Source of the DNA: Chloroflexota bacterium
Lineage (GTDB): Bacteria > Chloroflexota > Anaerolineae > JAAYEA01
NCBI GenBank assembly: GCA_019873665.1
Contig: JAIOAV010000007.1
Coordinates: 9,840-73,839, forward strand
Direction: 5' to 3'
Length of the DNA stretch: 64,000 nt
The translations under genes were made by a program, and so were the position numbers. Below the pieces are notes generated by a model that made no database searches, had not been told where the DNA came from, and worked only from the letters and a program-made list of their open reading frames with translations. Positions 10,001 through 17,787 of the stretch are shown piece by piece (the stretch's first letter is position 1; each line of letters starts with the position of its first letter).

Positions 10001-13000
10001 TGTCAGTCAGATAGGTGATGGCTGTGGGCAGCGTGTCGGTCCAAACCACATGCGTGGCAATGCTGCCGCTATGGCGCAGGTGGATGGTGTAATGCAGCGT
10101 GTCGCCGGCCACAGCCCATGTCTTGTCCACCTCTTTGCTCGAATGTGATAGATCCACCACATTGACCGGCAGACTGGACGAGATGACCAGGGTGTGCTGT
10201 ACGCTGTCTGTGAGCCAAGCCGTGTTGACAATACGGCTGTTCACTGGCAACGCATCCGCAACGCGCGCCTGGAACTGGATGAGCTGCTCCCCGGGCACCA
10301 CCGGCGGCGCCGGCCGGAAACGGATGGCCAAGTTGTCGTGCGTTTGGCGATCTGCCGGCACGCCGTTTAGCAAGTACTCGATGCCGTCGGTACCACTCAG
10401 GTTCTCGATGCCGATGGCCATCGAATTCCCGCCGGCGTGCTCGCCCGTCATGGACAAATACTGCAACAGGATATCATTGCTCTCCTCGAAGAGCACCACC
10501 TCAAATGTGTAGCGGTCCATGCTGCGGAAGCGGCTCGCCTCGCGCCATTCGATCACCGTGTAGCGATGCGGCGCGACGCCAAAGGTCTGGTAGGTGAGGG
10601 TATTGGCTCCGCACACCAGATCGCCCCAGAAGGCTGCGATAAAGTTGTTCGGCAGCGCGGGGTTGGGTATTGGCATGCGCGCATACTGGCCGCTTCCCTG
10701 ACCAAAGAGCACCTGGCCATTCGTGTTGATATAGAACTCGCTGTAGTCATTGCCAAAAAACCGAAATGTGAAGCCGAGTGGAAATGGCCCCAAGCCCACG
10801 TCATCGCCACCTGGGACGCTAGTGCCGCCGCTGGCGTCTATCCAGCCAAAGGCAACGTTCCCCGTGTCGCTATCCGCCCACTCGTAACTTGCCGTCGCCC
10901 TCTGCCCGGCGGGGACGCTGCCCTGCCAGTGGAGCTTGTGACTGCTCGCGTCATACGCGGCGCCGACCGTGGCGCTGCCCGGCACGTATGCCATTTCTGC
11001 AGGCAACGGGTCGGCCAAAAGCACCCCATCGGCGCGCACCAGGCTGGCATTGCGCAGCGTGATGGTGTAGGTGAGGATATCGCCGCTCGTCGCCATCACA
11101 TGCGAGGCGTTCTTGGTGGAGAGCGATAGCTCCGGCAACGCGATCGTCGTGGCTGCATGGAACGTGTAGGGGCCGCAGACACCGTCATCTATCCGTGCTG
11201 TGGTGGAGATGATGTCGCCGGCGCCAACATCCAGCGCGATCTGCGCCTGGAAGGTGAACTGGCGCGCCGAGTGCGCTGGCATCACGCCGGCCCATTGCAC
11301 GCGATTGCTGGCGGCATCCAGGATCAGACCACCGGTGGCGCTCTCTGCCACGTAGGTCGTGTGCGGCGCGATCGGCACGACCGCAGAGGCATCCAAGTCG
11401 AGGCCACCCATATTGAGCAGTGAGATTGTGTATGTCAGCACGGCGCCGGGCTGTGCCAGCTCGGCGCTAACAGCAAAGCGCGAGTTGATCAGCGACGAAC
11501 TGATATGGAACGTCTCATTATAGCCGCGATAGTCGCCATCCCAGCCGGAGATGGCGTACAATCCGCCACACGCTGCTGCCAGCCCTAATGTGCGCCGGGG
11601 GTGGCGCAGCGATGGCAGCGTCTGCCAGGCGTCTGTGACGGGATCATAGCGCTCTACAAGAGAGAGATAGGATGTAGCGCCGCCGCCCACCAGGTAGAGA
11701 TACCCCTCTACGGCAGCCGCTGCCGCTCCCATCCGCGGGATCGTCAGGTCGCGTTTGATTGTCCAGCGATCAGTCTGCGGATCATACGCCTCCACATATG
11801 GCAGGTCGTCAATGGTGTTGTTTCGCCCACCGATGACATAGATCACGCCGTCCACGACAGCGGCCGCCGCAAAGGCGCGCGCGTGCGGCATGTTGGCCTT
11901 GACCGTCCACTGGTCGGTCGCAGGGTTGTATTCCCACGTGGTACTCACCACCTCGGCCCCATCCGAGCCGCCAATCACATAGAGGCGGCTCCCAACGGCG
12001 ACGGTGACGTGGCCGAGGCGCGGCGCGGGCATCCCGGCCTTGGATGTCCAGCTATCCGTTGCCGTGTCGTACACCTCCAGGATTGCCAGCGTGTTATCGT
12101 TATAGCCGCCCGGTGCATAGATCTTTTCGCCGATGGCGGCGATGGCGAGATTCGAAGCGCGTGTCGGCTTCGGCTGGCCGGACCGCCACTGTCTGGCCGT
12201 AGGGTCGTAGATGTCCACCAGATTCAGGTAGCCGCCGGCCCCCTCGCCGCCCACGACATAGACACGGCTGCCGACGGCGGTCACGCCGGCGCGGGAGCGG
12301 GGCACCGGCAACGGCGATTCCTCCTGCCAGGCCGGGAACGTGGTCGTATGCAGCACGGCCTGCGTGTGGCGGGCGGGATCGTGCTGAGAGGTCACGGTGA
12401 TCGTTACTATGTCGCTGTCGCCGATGGCGGCGGTGATCGGTATCGTTACGTGCAGGGCTATAGTGGCACTATCGCATGGCGCTAAGGACAATTCGGACAG
12501 TGCGCTTCCCGTGTCGGCAGAGATGATCACGGCGGGCCATCGGCGCTCTTCCGCCGCCAGGGAGAAGGTCTCCGCGAGCTGGCCGATGTTCGCCACCGTC
12601 GCCGTGTACACTACCGTAGAGCCCATCGCGCCGGCGCCGGTTTGATACGATGGCACGATCTGTGCGCCATAGGCGGGACGTACCGCGCCGAGCCATTCCA
12701 GGCTGCGGCGCATCACGTCCCAGCGCATCGCCTCCGGCCCGATCCCCTCCAGCCCGAACGCCAGATAGACGATGCGCGAGTCGCAGCGGTCGATCTGGAG
12801 CGCGCCATAGCCGTCTCCGGCGTAATACGCCAGCGGCAGGGCCAGTCCATCCAGTGGCGCGATCTCGCTGGGATAGCGCTGGTTCTGCGCGCTGTCCTCG
12901 GTGTTCAGCGAGAAGGAGAGTCCGGCAAAGATGCCGTCAGCAGTGCTAAATAGCTGCGCGATCTCCACATCGTCGCGGATGTAACGGCTGTGTAAATAGT

Positions 13001-15380
13001 CGCGATAGTATGCCGTGCCATAGCCTCGTTCCGAGTCCCAGTAGCCGATATCCTGGCCTGTGAGCAGCAGATGCCCACCGCCGTCGAGATATGCCGCCAG
13101 AGCGGCCCACGCGCCGATATAGCCGGGTGAGGTTTTGGGATGAGACCAGATGACGATGTCGTACCGCAGCAGGTCGGCGGCAGTGGGGTTGGCATTCGGT
13201 GGGTTCATGATGTCCAACGTGTCAAAAGCGTAGAGATCGTCCTTGAGCGCGCTCTCATAGTAGCGCGCCGGGCGCTCTTGCCGCCAGGCATCGCCATGCA
13301 CTACCAGGATCGTCGGCGCGTCTGCCAGTGCCACGTCCTGCCGCACATCCGCGCCCGATGTGATGGCGATTCCTTCCAGCAGCGCGCCGCGGTATCCTGA
13401 CGCGCTGCTCAGGACGCGCACGTCGTACGTGCCTACTGGCAAGGGAATGGCGTAAAAGCCCTGTGCGTCAGTCGTCACCGTAAGGGGTGTGTTCAGCACC
13501 TCGATGACCGCCAGCAGTGGTTGCCCGTCGCTGGCGGACGTGATCTGCCCACGCAATGTGCCGGAGGGCTGCGCCGACAGGGCGAAATCGAGTTGGGTGG
13601 CTGTGTCACGCAGGACGCGGATTTGGGTGACAGTCTTGGCCTGATAGCGAAAGTGGCTTGCGGTCGCGTCATATAGCCCGGTTGCCACCGCCAGACTATA
13701 GTCGCCGTTAGCATCTGTAACCGCTGTGACCATGCCGCTCCGCTCTAGGCTTACCAGCGTTACCAGCGCCCCTGCGATCGGCTGGCCGGTGGCCTGATCC
13801 ACCACGCGCCCACGGAATCGCCCATGCGGGATGACTGCGCCGACCGCCTGGTATGCATCAATCCGCCCCCAGCCATAGCTGTTGTCAGGACCGGCGTCAC
13901 CCAGGTCATGCGCCGTCTGCATGACGAGTTGTTCGGTCGCCGTGATGCTCAGCGTGGGATTGACGCCTGCGCCTTTGAGGCCCAGTGCGCGGTTGTATGT
14001 GCGGTCCGCCTCCCACAGGAGCGCGGCAAGTCCCGCCACGTGCGGCGTGGCCATGGAGGTGCCATTCCAGCCACGCTCATAGCCGCCGTTCGGCACAGAG
14101 GAGTAAATATCTACACCGGGAGCGACGACCTCCGGCTTGATCTCACCCCACGGAGAGGGGCCACGGCTGCTAAAGCTGGCAATCTGATCGAAGCTATCTA
14201 CCGCGCCGACCGCCAACGATTCGGCAAAACTGCCCGGGGAGCCGACCGTGCCGGGATCGGGGCCTTCGTTGCCCGCGGCGAAAACCGGCAGGATGCCTGT
14301 GGCACGCCAGGCGCGCACCGCCTGCAAAAAGGTGGTATCGGAGCTGATCTCGCTCCCCCAGGAGTTGGAGACGATGTCGGGCGCTTTGCTGGGATCGGGA
14401 CGCGTGCCGCGCAGGTCGGTGGGCGCCATAATCCACTGGAAACCGCGCAAGATAGCTGAATCGGTGGATTGGCCGTCGTCGGTGAACACCTTGGCGGCAA
14501 TCCAGCGCGCGCCGGGAGCTACGCCGATGGCATGCGAGCCGTCCGGCTCGATGCCGACGATGGTGCCCATCGTATGTGTGCCATGGCCGTTGCCGTCGGC
14601 GGGCACCATCGGCGACGTGCCGGTAGCATCGAACCAGTTGTAGTTGTGGTCGGTGCGATCTCCCTCATAGCCGCGATATTGTCTCAGGAGCGCGGGATGC
14701 TGGTAGGCCACACCGGTATCCATGTTCGCGACCACGATCCCTGCGCCGGTGATGCCAAAGCCGCCCCACACCAGCTCTGCACCGATCCTCTTGATGTTCC
14801 ATGGCACAACGCCATCCTGAAGCAGGGCAGGTTGGGTTTGTGTCTGGGGTGGGAGGTAGTGCGTGCGGTCGTAGCGGATGGCAGCGACATCGGCCCGCGC
14901 GGCGAGGGCGAGGATGGCATGCGCATCGCCCTGCACAGCAAGGGCGTTAACGATCCAATATGGCTCAAAGCTGGTCACGTGACCGGCGAGCGCCTCTTGC
15001 TGCAGAGCGGCCCGCACGCCCTGCTGGCTGCGGCTGGCCGTCTCTTGCAGCGTGGCTACAATCGCCTGCCGTCGCGGCAGGAGCGCCGCAATGCGCGCTG
15101 GCTCGTCCAGCGCGGCAACTTCGCGCATCCATACCAGGAAGGGGACGTGTCGGCTCGCGTCTGTGAGAGCCTGCGCGTCGGAGGCGATATCACCTGCCAA
15201 CGCTTTGAGCAACAACGGGTCGATTTTGAGGCGGATCTCCAGCGGCAACGATGTCAGCTCGTTTGCTGCGGCCGGAGCCAGTGTGTCTCCCCGCTGCGCG
15301 CGACTCACAGAGCTGGCTGACCAGAGCAATAGGATGCACAGCGTAACCAGAACCCATAAGCGAAGCGGCTTACGGCCCAT
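7059..15380 (-). CDS. Giant secreted subtilisin-like (S8) serine protease, 2,773 aa, with a long mosaic C-terminal region
   Basis: Signal peptide MGRKPLRLWVLVTLCILLLWSASSVSRA. Catalytic motifs VANMDTGV (D221, nt 14718-14720), GNGHGTH (H266, 14583-14585), GTSMATPH (S442, 14055-14057). Followed by two carboxypeptidase-regulatory-like domains, an alpha/beta module, Kelch-like repeats (nt ~11511-12299), DUF11-type repeats (DLSxSxK...GDxLTYTI) and three NIDO-like modules. Confidence 0.85.
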   Translation of the reverse strand: MGRKPLRLWVLVTLCILLLWSASSVSRAQRGDTLAPAAANELTSLPLEIRLKIDPLLLKALAGDIASDAQALTDASRHVPFLVWMREVAALDEPARIAALLPRRQAIVATLQETASRSQQGVRAALQQEALAGHVTSFEPYWIVNALAVQGDAHAILALAARADVAAIRYDRTHYLPPQTQTQPALLQDGVVPWNIKRIGAELVWGGFGITGAGIVVANMDTGVAYQHPALLRQYRGYEGDRTDHNYNWFDATGTSPMVPADGNGHGTHTMGTIVGIEPDGSHAIGVAPGARWIAAKVFTDDGQSTDSAILRGFQWIMAPTDLRGTRPDPSKAPDIVSNSWGSEISSDTTFLQAVRAWRATGILPVFAAGNEGPDPGTVGSPGSFAESLAVGAVDSFDQIASFSSRGPSPWGEIKPEVVAPGVDIYSSVPNGGYERGWNGTSMATPHVAGLAALLWEADRTYNRALGLKGAGVNPTLSITATEQLVMQTAHDLGDAGPDNSYGWGRIDAYQAVGAVIPHGRFRGRVVDQATGQPIAGALVTLVSLERSGMVTAVTDANGDYSLAVATGLYDATASHFRYQAKTVTQIRVLRDTATQLDFALSAQPSGTLRGQITSASDGQPLLAVIEVLNTPLTVTTDAQGFYAIPLPVGTYDVRVLSSASGYRGALLEGIAITSGADVRQDVALADAPTILVVHGDAWRQERPARYYESALKDDLYAFDTLDIMNPPNANPTAADLLRYDIVIWSHPKTSPGYIGAWAALAAYLDGGGHLLLTGQDIGYWDSERGYGTAYYRDYLHSRYIRDDVEIAQLFSTADGIFAGLSFSLNTEDSAQNQRYPSEIAPLDGLALPLAYYAGDGYGALQIDRCDSRIVYLAFGLEGIGPEAMRWDVMRRSLEWLGAVRPAYGAQIVPSYQTGAGAMGSTVVYTATVANIGQLAETFSLAAEERRWPAVIISADTGSALSELSLAPCDSATIALHVTIPITAAIGDSDIVTITVTSQHDPARHTQAVLHTTTFPAWQEESPLPVPRSRAGVTAVGSRVYVVGGEGAGGYLNLVDIYDPTARQWRSGQPKPTRASNLAIAAIGEKIYAPGGYNDNTLAILEVYDTATDSWTSKAGMPAPRLGHVTVAVGSRLYVIGGSDGAEVVSTTWEYNPATDQWTVKANMPHARAFAAAAVVDGVIYVIGGRNNTIDDLPYVEAYDPQTDRWTIKRDLTIPRMGAAAAAVEGYLYLVGGGATSYLSLVERYDPVTDAWQTLPSLRHPRRTLGLAAACGGLYAISGWDGDYRGYNETFHISSSLINSRFAVSAELAQPGAVLTYTISLLNMGGLDLDASAVVPIAPHTTYVAESATGGLILDAASNRVQWAGVMPAHSARQFTFQAQIALDVGAGDIISTTARIDDGVCGPYTFHAATTIALPELSLSTKNASHVMATSGDILTYTITLRNASLVRADGVLLADPLPAEMAYVPGSATVGAAYDASSHKLHWQGSVPAGQRATASYEWADSDTGNVAFGWIDASGGTSVPGGDDVGLGPFPLGFTFRFFGNDYSEFYINTNGQVLFGQGSGQYARMPIPNPALPNNFIAAFWGDLVCGANTLTYQTFGVAPHRYTVIEWREASRFRSMDRYTFEVVLFEESNDILLQYLSMTGEHAGGNSMAIGIENLSGTDGIEYLLNGVPADRQTHDNLAIRFRPAPPVVPGEQLIQFQARVADALPVNSRIVNTAWLTDSVQHTLVISSSLPVNVVDLSHSSKEVDKTWAVAGDTLHYTIHLRHSGSIATHVVWTDTLPTAITYLTDTFTGPEGAAYNPVTQQIVWRGDIPPQSDLIFGFAAQISAAWGSGEMITNTVEIAAAGETWQRHATTTIAAADLSSSRKTVDKASAVSGDILTYEIAVVNRAPVPAGDVQVWDPLPAHTAYVADSVTGGATYDPAHNAISWTGPISAAVWAQTTYTWADSRTGADVVFDWIEIRDIGQDLGLADDDYVYFELPFAVSFYDATYSHLAVGSNGTLHFADTYLGRDNTCLPSGNSYGVPALIAVFWDELNPFAAGHVYYAVLGDAPRRRLVVSWDGVASATGDPVSFQAILHEGSRDIVLQYRDVMTGNALYDQGSSATIGIQADEHTGTLYACAQPLLADELAIRFVAVPQPSEKVISFQVTVDDGLPLNTALVNRAVIGYQSAISYTRAVTTLVNLVDLSPSRKDVSPTSAGAGDVLTYTITLQNQGSQPAPHVRLVDALPTSTVYITDSVTGGAAYDPAQRQIIWEGSIPGTQPAIPASWVDSDSGQVTFAWRDATGDVSLPGGDDVALGPFPIGFSFRFFGQEYAEFYINSNGQVLFGAGSNRYSNVSIPNPGEPNNYIAAFWDDLTIPTTGGLYYRTMGEAPHRYLVVQWHQVRRIGSQDLLTFQIVLFEGQEDILLQYLTMPGTSGSGSSATVGIENADGSDGLQYLYDGSPAANAIHDNLAVRLTPPRPATLGMHQVSFQVRVAADTPLQHEITNRAVISDGVQSTFTRAITVTANTVDLSPSRKSVDHEVAAAGEALRYTITLRNRGTGTAPGVVVHDPLPVGATYVADSATAGAVYEPERHRIVWQGSVRPGIEQTIAFAVRTDPLAANGSVITNTVWISDGITAPLSRTARTTLRSADLSPSTKESSVASALPGEMVTYTILVRNAADVATSARVTDVLPAGLVYVPDTLFASSGIASEQDGVITWQGVALERSMVIIRFAAQVEENAAPGSLIVNEALIRGGVGVAFMRSAPLAIGGAERRLHLPLVMKSAE

Positions 15381-15434
15381 TGGCGCTCTCCTCTTTTGGC
15401 GAACCGCACGGTCCGTATGTAACGCGGCGATGCC

Positions 15435-15463
15435 ATTCTACTACGGGTGCAATGGGCTGTCAA
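15435..15463 (-). promoter_or_regulatory. Sigma-70-type promoter for the giant protease gene
   Basis: Minus strand reads TTGACA-N17-TAGAAT, ~55 nt upstream of the ATG at 15380. RBS AAGAGGAGAG. Confidence 0.55.
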
Positions 15464-15499
15464 TGACCGTGGCTACACTGCAAACGGTAATAGGCTTTT

Positions 15500-15528
15500 T
15501 TGACATCAATGGCGGTTTGCGATATAGT
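15500..15528 (+). promoter_or_regulatory. Sigma-70-type promoter for the nucleobase permease leader
   Basis: TTGACA (15500-15505), 17-nt spacer, TATAGT (15523-15528). Divergent and back-to-back with the protease promoter. Confidence 0.55.
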
Positions 15529-15683
15529 ATCGGAGGTTTGCAGGGCGTTCACCACTTGAGGAGCGACGTGAACGATGATGGGTGGAGGTCTGGGAAAGGC
15601 GAGGAAAAGTGTTCTGCGATATTCCCCCTTTCTCGGATATACCTCACCGGTGTACGCCTTCTGGCACAGGACGCTGTCGCCTT

Positions 15684-15717
15684 AACGGCGGGGATTCCCA
15701 TCCCTTGCCGTTTTTTT
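15684..15717 (+). terminator. Intrinsic-terminator-like hairpin plus T7 run inside the 5' leader of the permease gene (candidate attenuator)
   Basis: ACGGCGGGGA / TCCCTTGCCGT stem with loop TTCCCA, followed by TTTTTTT. It lies ~130 nt upstream of the ATG at 15845 and ~155 nt downstream of the promoter. Confidence 0.5.
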
Positions 15718-15844
15718 GTGCCTGCACGAGGCCAAGGGAAAGGAGGTAGGATCACTAGAAGAGCATGGATGCCGCGTTGGCATGGGGGGATCAAAGGTGA
15801 TTCGCAGTGGTTGTTTTTCACATTCCAAAACGGAGGAGACAAGA

Positions 15845-17167
15845 ATGAGCAAGCAAGGTCCAGTGTATGGCTATCTCCCGCCTGATGTGCCCAAGCCGGG
15901 CGCTCTCGTGAGCCTTGGGTTCCAGCATGTGCTTACGATGTTTCCTGCGACGGTACTGGTCGCCATCCTCACAGGCTTTGACGTCGGCGTGACGCTTTTT
16001 GCCAGCGGATTGGCCACTATCATAGCGCTGCTTGGCTCCGGTATGCGTATCCCCCTCTATTATGGCTCTAGCTTTAGCTATATCGCGGCGGTCGTGGCCG
16101 TCGTTGGGGCGGAGTGGGGCGGCCAGCAGGTGGCGCAGGTTGGCATTGTGGCAACCGCTTTTGTGTCCATCATCGCTGGCTTGGTGATCCGCTGGGTTGG
16201 CAAGGAGGCGCTGGACAAGGTGCTACCGCCGATCATCACCGGCTCAGTCGCCCTTGTCATCGGCATCGCGCTCGCCAAGACCGCGCTCGATATGGCGTCT
16301 GCCAACTGGGCAATCGCCATCATCACACTGCTGGCTACCATTCTCTTCTCAGTCTATCTGCGTGGGCGCGGGCTGATCGGCATGTTGCCCGTCCTTTTGG
16401 GTGCAGTTGTCGGCTACATCACCAGTTACATCGCGGGTATCGTAGACTTTACGCCGGTGGCTGAAGCCGCATGGTTCCGCGTGCCCAATTTCTCCTTCCC
16501 GGCCTTTACCAGCCCCAATGCCTGGCGGGCCGTCCTTGCCATCGCACCGATCGCTGTCGCCACCATTCCCGAATCTACTGCACACCTCTATCAGATCAGC
16601 CTCTATGTGGATCGCTTGGCCGAGGATTTGGGACGCCCGCCGCTCAATATCAAGCGCCTGATCGGGCTTAACCTTATTCTGGATGGCGTGGGAGACCTTG
16701 TCAACGGCTTGCTGGGCGGTTGCGCTGGCACCAACTATGGCGAGAACAACTCGCTGATGGCCATCACCCGTAACTACTCCGCGCCCGTGCTGGTGACCGC
16801 CGGCGTCATCGCCATGGCGCTCGGTTTCATTGGCAAGCTGGCCGCGTTGATTGGCACACTGCCCACTGCTGTTACGGGCGGTCTGGCGATCTATCTCTTT
16901 GGCGTCATTGGCCTGCAGGGCGTCGCGCTGATTCAAAGCGAGAAGGTTGACCTCTTCGACCCGCGACAGCTGGCCGTGGGCGCGGTCATCACTGTCATCG
17001 GCATCGGCGGTGCGGCGTTCCCGGGCGGCAACATCCCGCTGGGGAGCCTCCAGCTTCCCTCCATCGCCACATCTGCAGTGGTTGGCATCCTGGTGAATGC
17101 CATCTTCCTTCTCTTCCCGCCCCGCCCTCAGCCTGCATTACCGGATAGGGTGGCTGTGCCGCAATAA
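15845..17167 (+). CDS. NCS2-family nucleobase:cation symporter (uracil/xanthine permease type)
   Basis: Start at MSKQGPVYGY (RBS ACGGAGGAGA). NCS2 signature GFQHVLTMFPATVLV; many TM segments; ESTAHLY and NYGENNSLMAITR motifs. Confidence 0.85.
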   Translation: MSKQGPVYGYLPPDVPKPGALVSLGFQHVLTMFPATVLVAILTGFDVGVTLFASGLATIIALLGSGMRIPLYYGSSFSYIAAVVAVVGAEWGGQQVAQVGIVATAFVSIIAGLVIRWVGKEALDKVLPPIITGSVALVIGIALAKTALDMASANWAIAIITLLATILFSVYLRGRGLIGMLPVLLGAVVGYITSYIAGIVDFTPVAEAAWFRVPNFSFPAFTSPNAWRAVLAIAPIAVATIPESTAHLYQISLYVDRLAEDLGRPPLNIKRLIGLNLILDGVGDLVNGLLGGCAGTNYGENNSLMAITRNYSAPVLVTAGVIAMALGFIGKLAALIGTLPTAVTGGLAIYLFGVIGLQGVALIQSEKVDLFDPRQLAVGAVITVIGIGGAAFPGGNIPLGSLQLPSIATSAVVGILVNAIFLLFPPRPQPALPDRVAVPQ

Positions 17168-17186
17168 AGGACCTGGCGGAATGGCA

Positions 17187-17227
17187 AGTCTCCGGGGCCG
17201 AGCTGTTGTGGCTCCGGAGACTTTTTC
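17187..17227 (+). terminator. Rho-independent terminator after the permease gene
   Basis: AGTCTCCGG ... CCGGAGACT 9-bp stem followed by TTTTT, 20 nt after the stop codon. Confidence 0.65.
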
Positions 17228-17456
17228 TGCCTGGCGACACGGGGACACTGAAGAGTCAAGGTTATCGGTATTGCCGTCGTTGTGCTGCGAGTGCCAGTAT
17301 GTGGCGACAGGATGTCCAAATGGCCATGCGGCATGATGCCCGCCCGGTATTGCAGTATCCTGTTGATCAACAGGCGTTGATATTGCGCTCGCGGGGCTGA
17401 CAGCTTGGATCGTCTCACCCTGACCGCACAGGTTTCCCGCAGCTTTCGAAACTGAC

Positions 17457-17486
17457 TTGACAGGAAGGCGCGGTGTGCGCTATAAT
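17457..17486 (+). promoter_or_regulatory. Sigma-70-type promoter for the ABC-transporter operon leader
   Basis: TTGACA (17457-17462), 18-nt spacer, TATAAT (17481-17486). Confidence 0.55.
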
Positions 17487-17566
17487 GGAGAGCGACAATG
17501 GATATCGGGTGGATGGCGTCAGTCAAGGAGCTCAACGTGGGGCGCTTCTTGAGCGGCGAGGTACTT

Positions 17567-17634
17567 GCAGGCAGGATGCGGTGCTGGGATCTCCCAAGCG
17601 GGGATATCCCAGTCCGATATCCTGCCTGTTTTTT
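17567..17634 (+). terminator. Long terminator-like hairpin plus T6 run inside the 5' leader of the ABC operon (candidate attenuator)
   Basis: Outer stem GCAGGCAGGAT / ATCCTGCCTG and inner stem CTGGGAT / ATCCCAG, followed by TTTTTT. Sits ~80 nt after the promoter and ~155 nt before the SBP start. Confidence 0.5.
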
Positions 17635-17787
17635 GCTGCCTGCGTGGCGCAGGCGATGGACCTTGGAAAGGAGGTGACGAGGCATAAAATGGGCAGTACC
17701 CTCCCTCCGGCAAGGATGGGCGAAGGGAGGTTGGGTTTCATCGGCGAAACAAGTGCTGTGAGGCCTGTAGGGCAAGGAGAATGACAC

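Noticed and set aside
7992-10889. Periodic DNA repeats inside the giant gene as a possible CRISPR or tandem array
   Set aside because: The repeats are ~1-1.4 kb apart, diverged, and fully explained as in-frame protein-domain duplications. No short direct repeats with unique spacers exist anywhere in the window.
15529-15844. Purine riboswitch or PyrR-binding attenuator upstream of the NCS2 permease
   Set aside because: I looked for the purine-riboswitch conserved junctions and for the PyrR loop UCCAGAGAGG and could not find either in the proper arrangement. Only a generic 'leader with terminator' is claimed.
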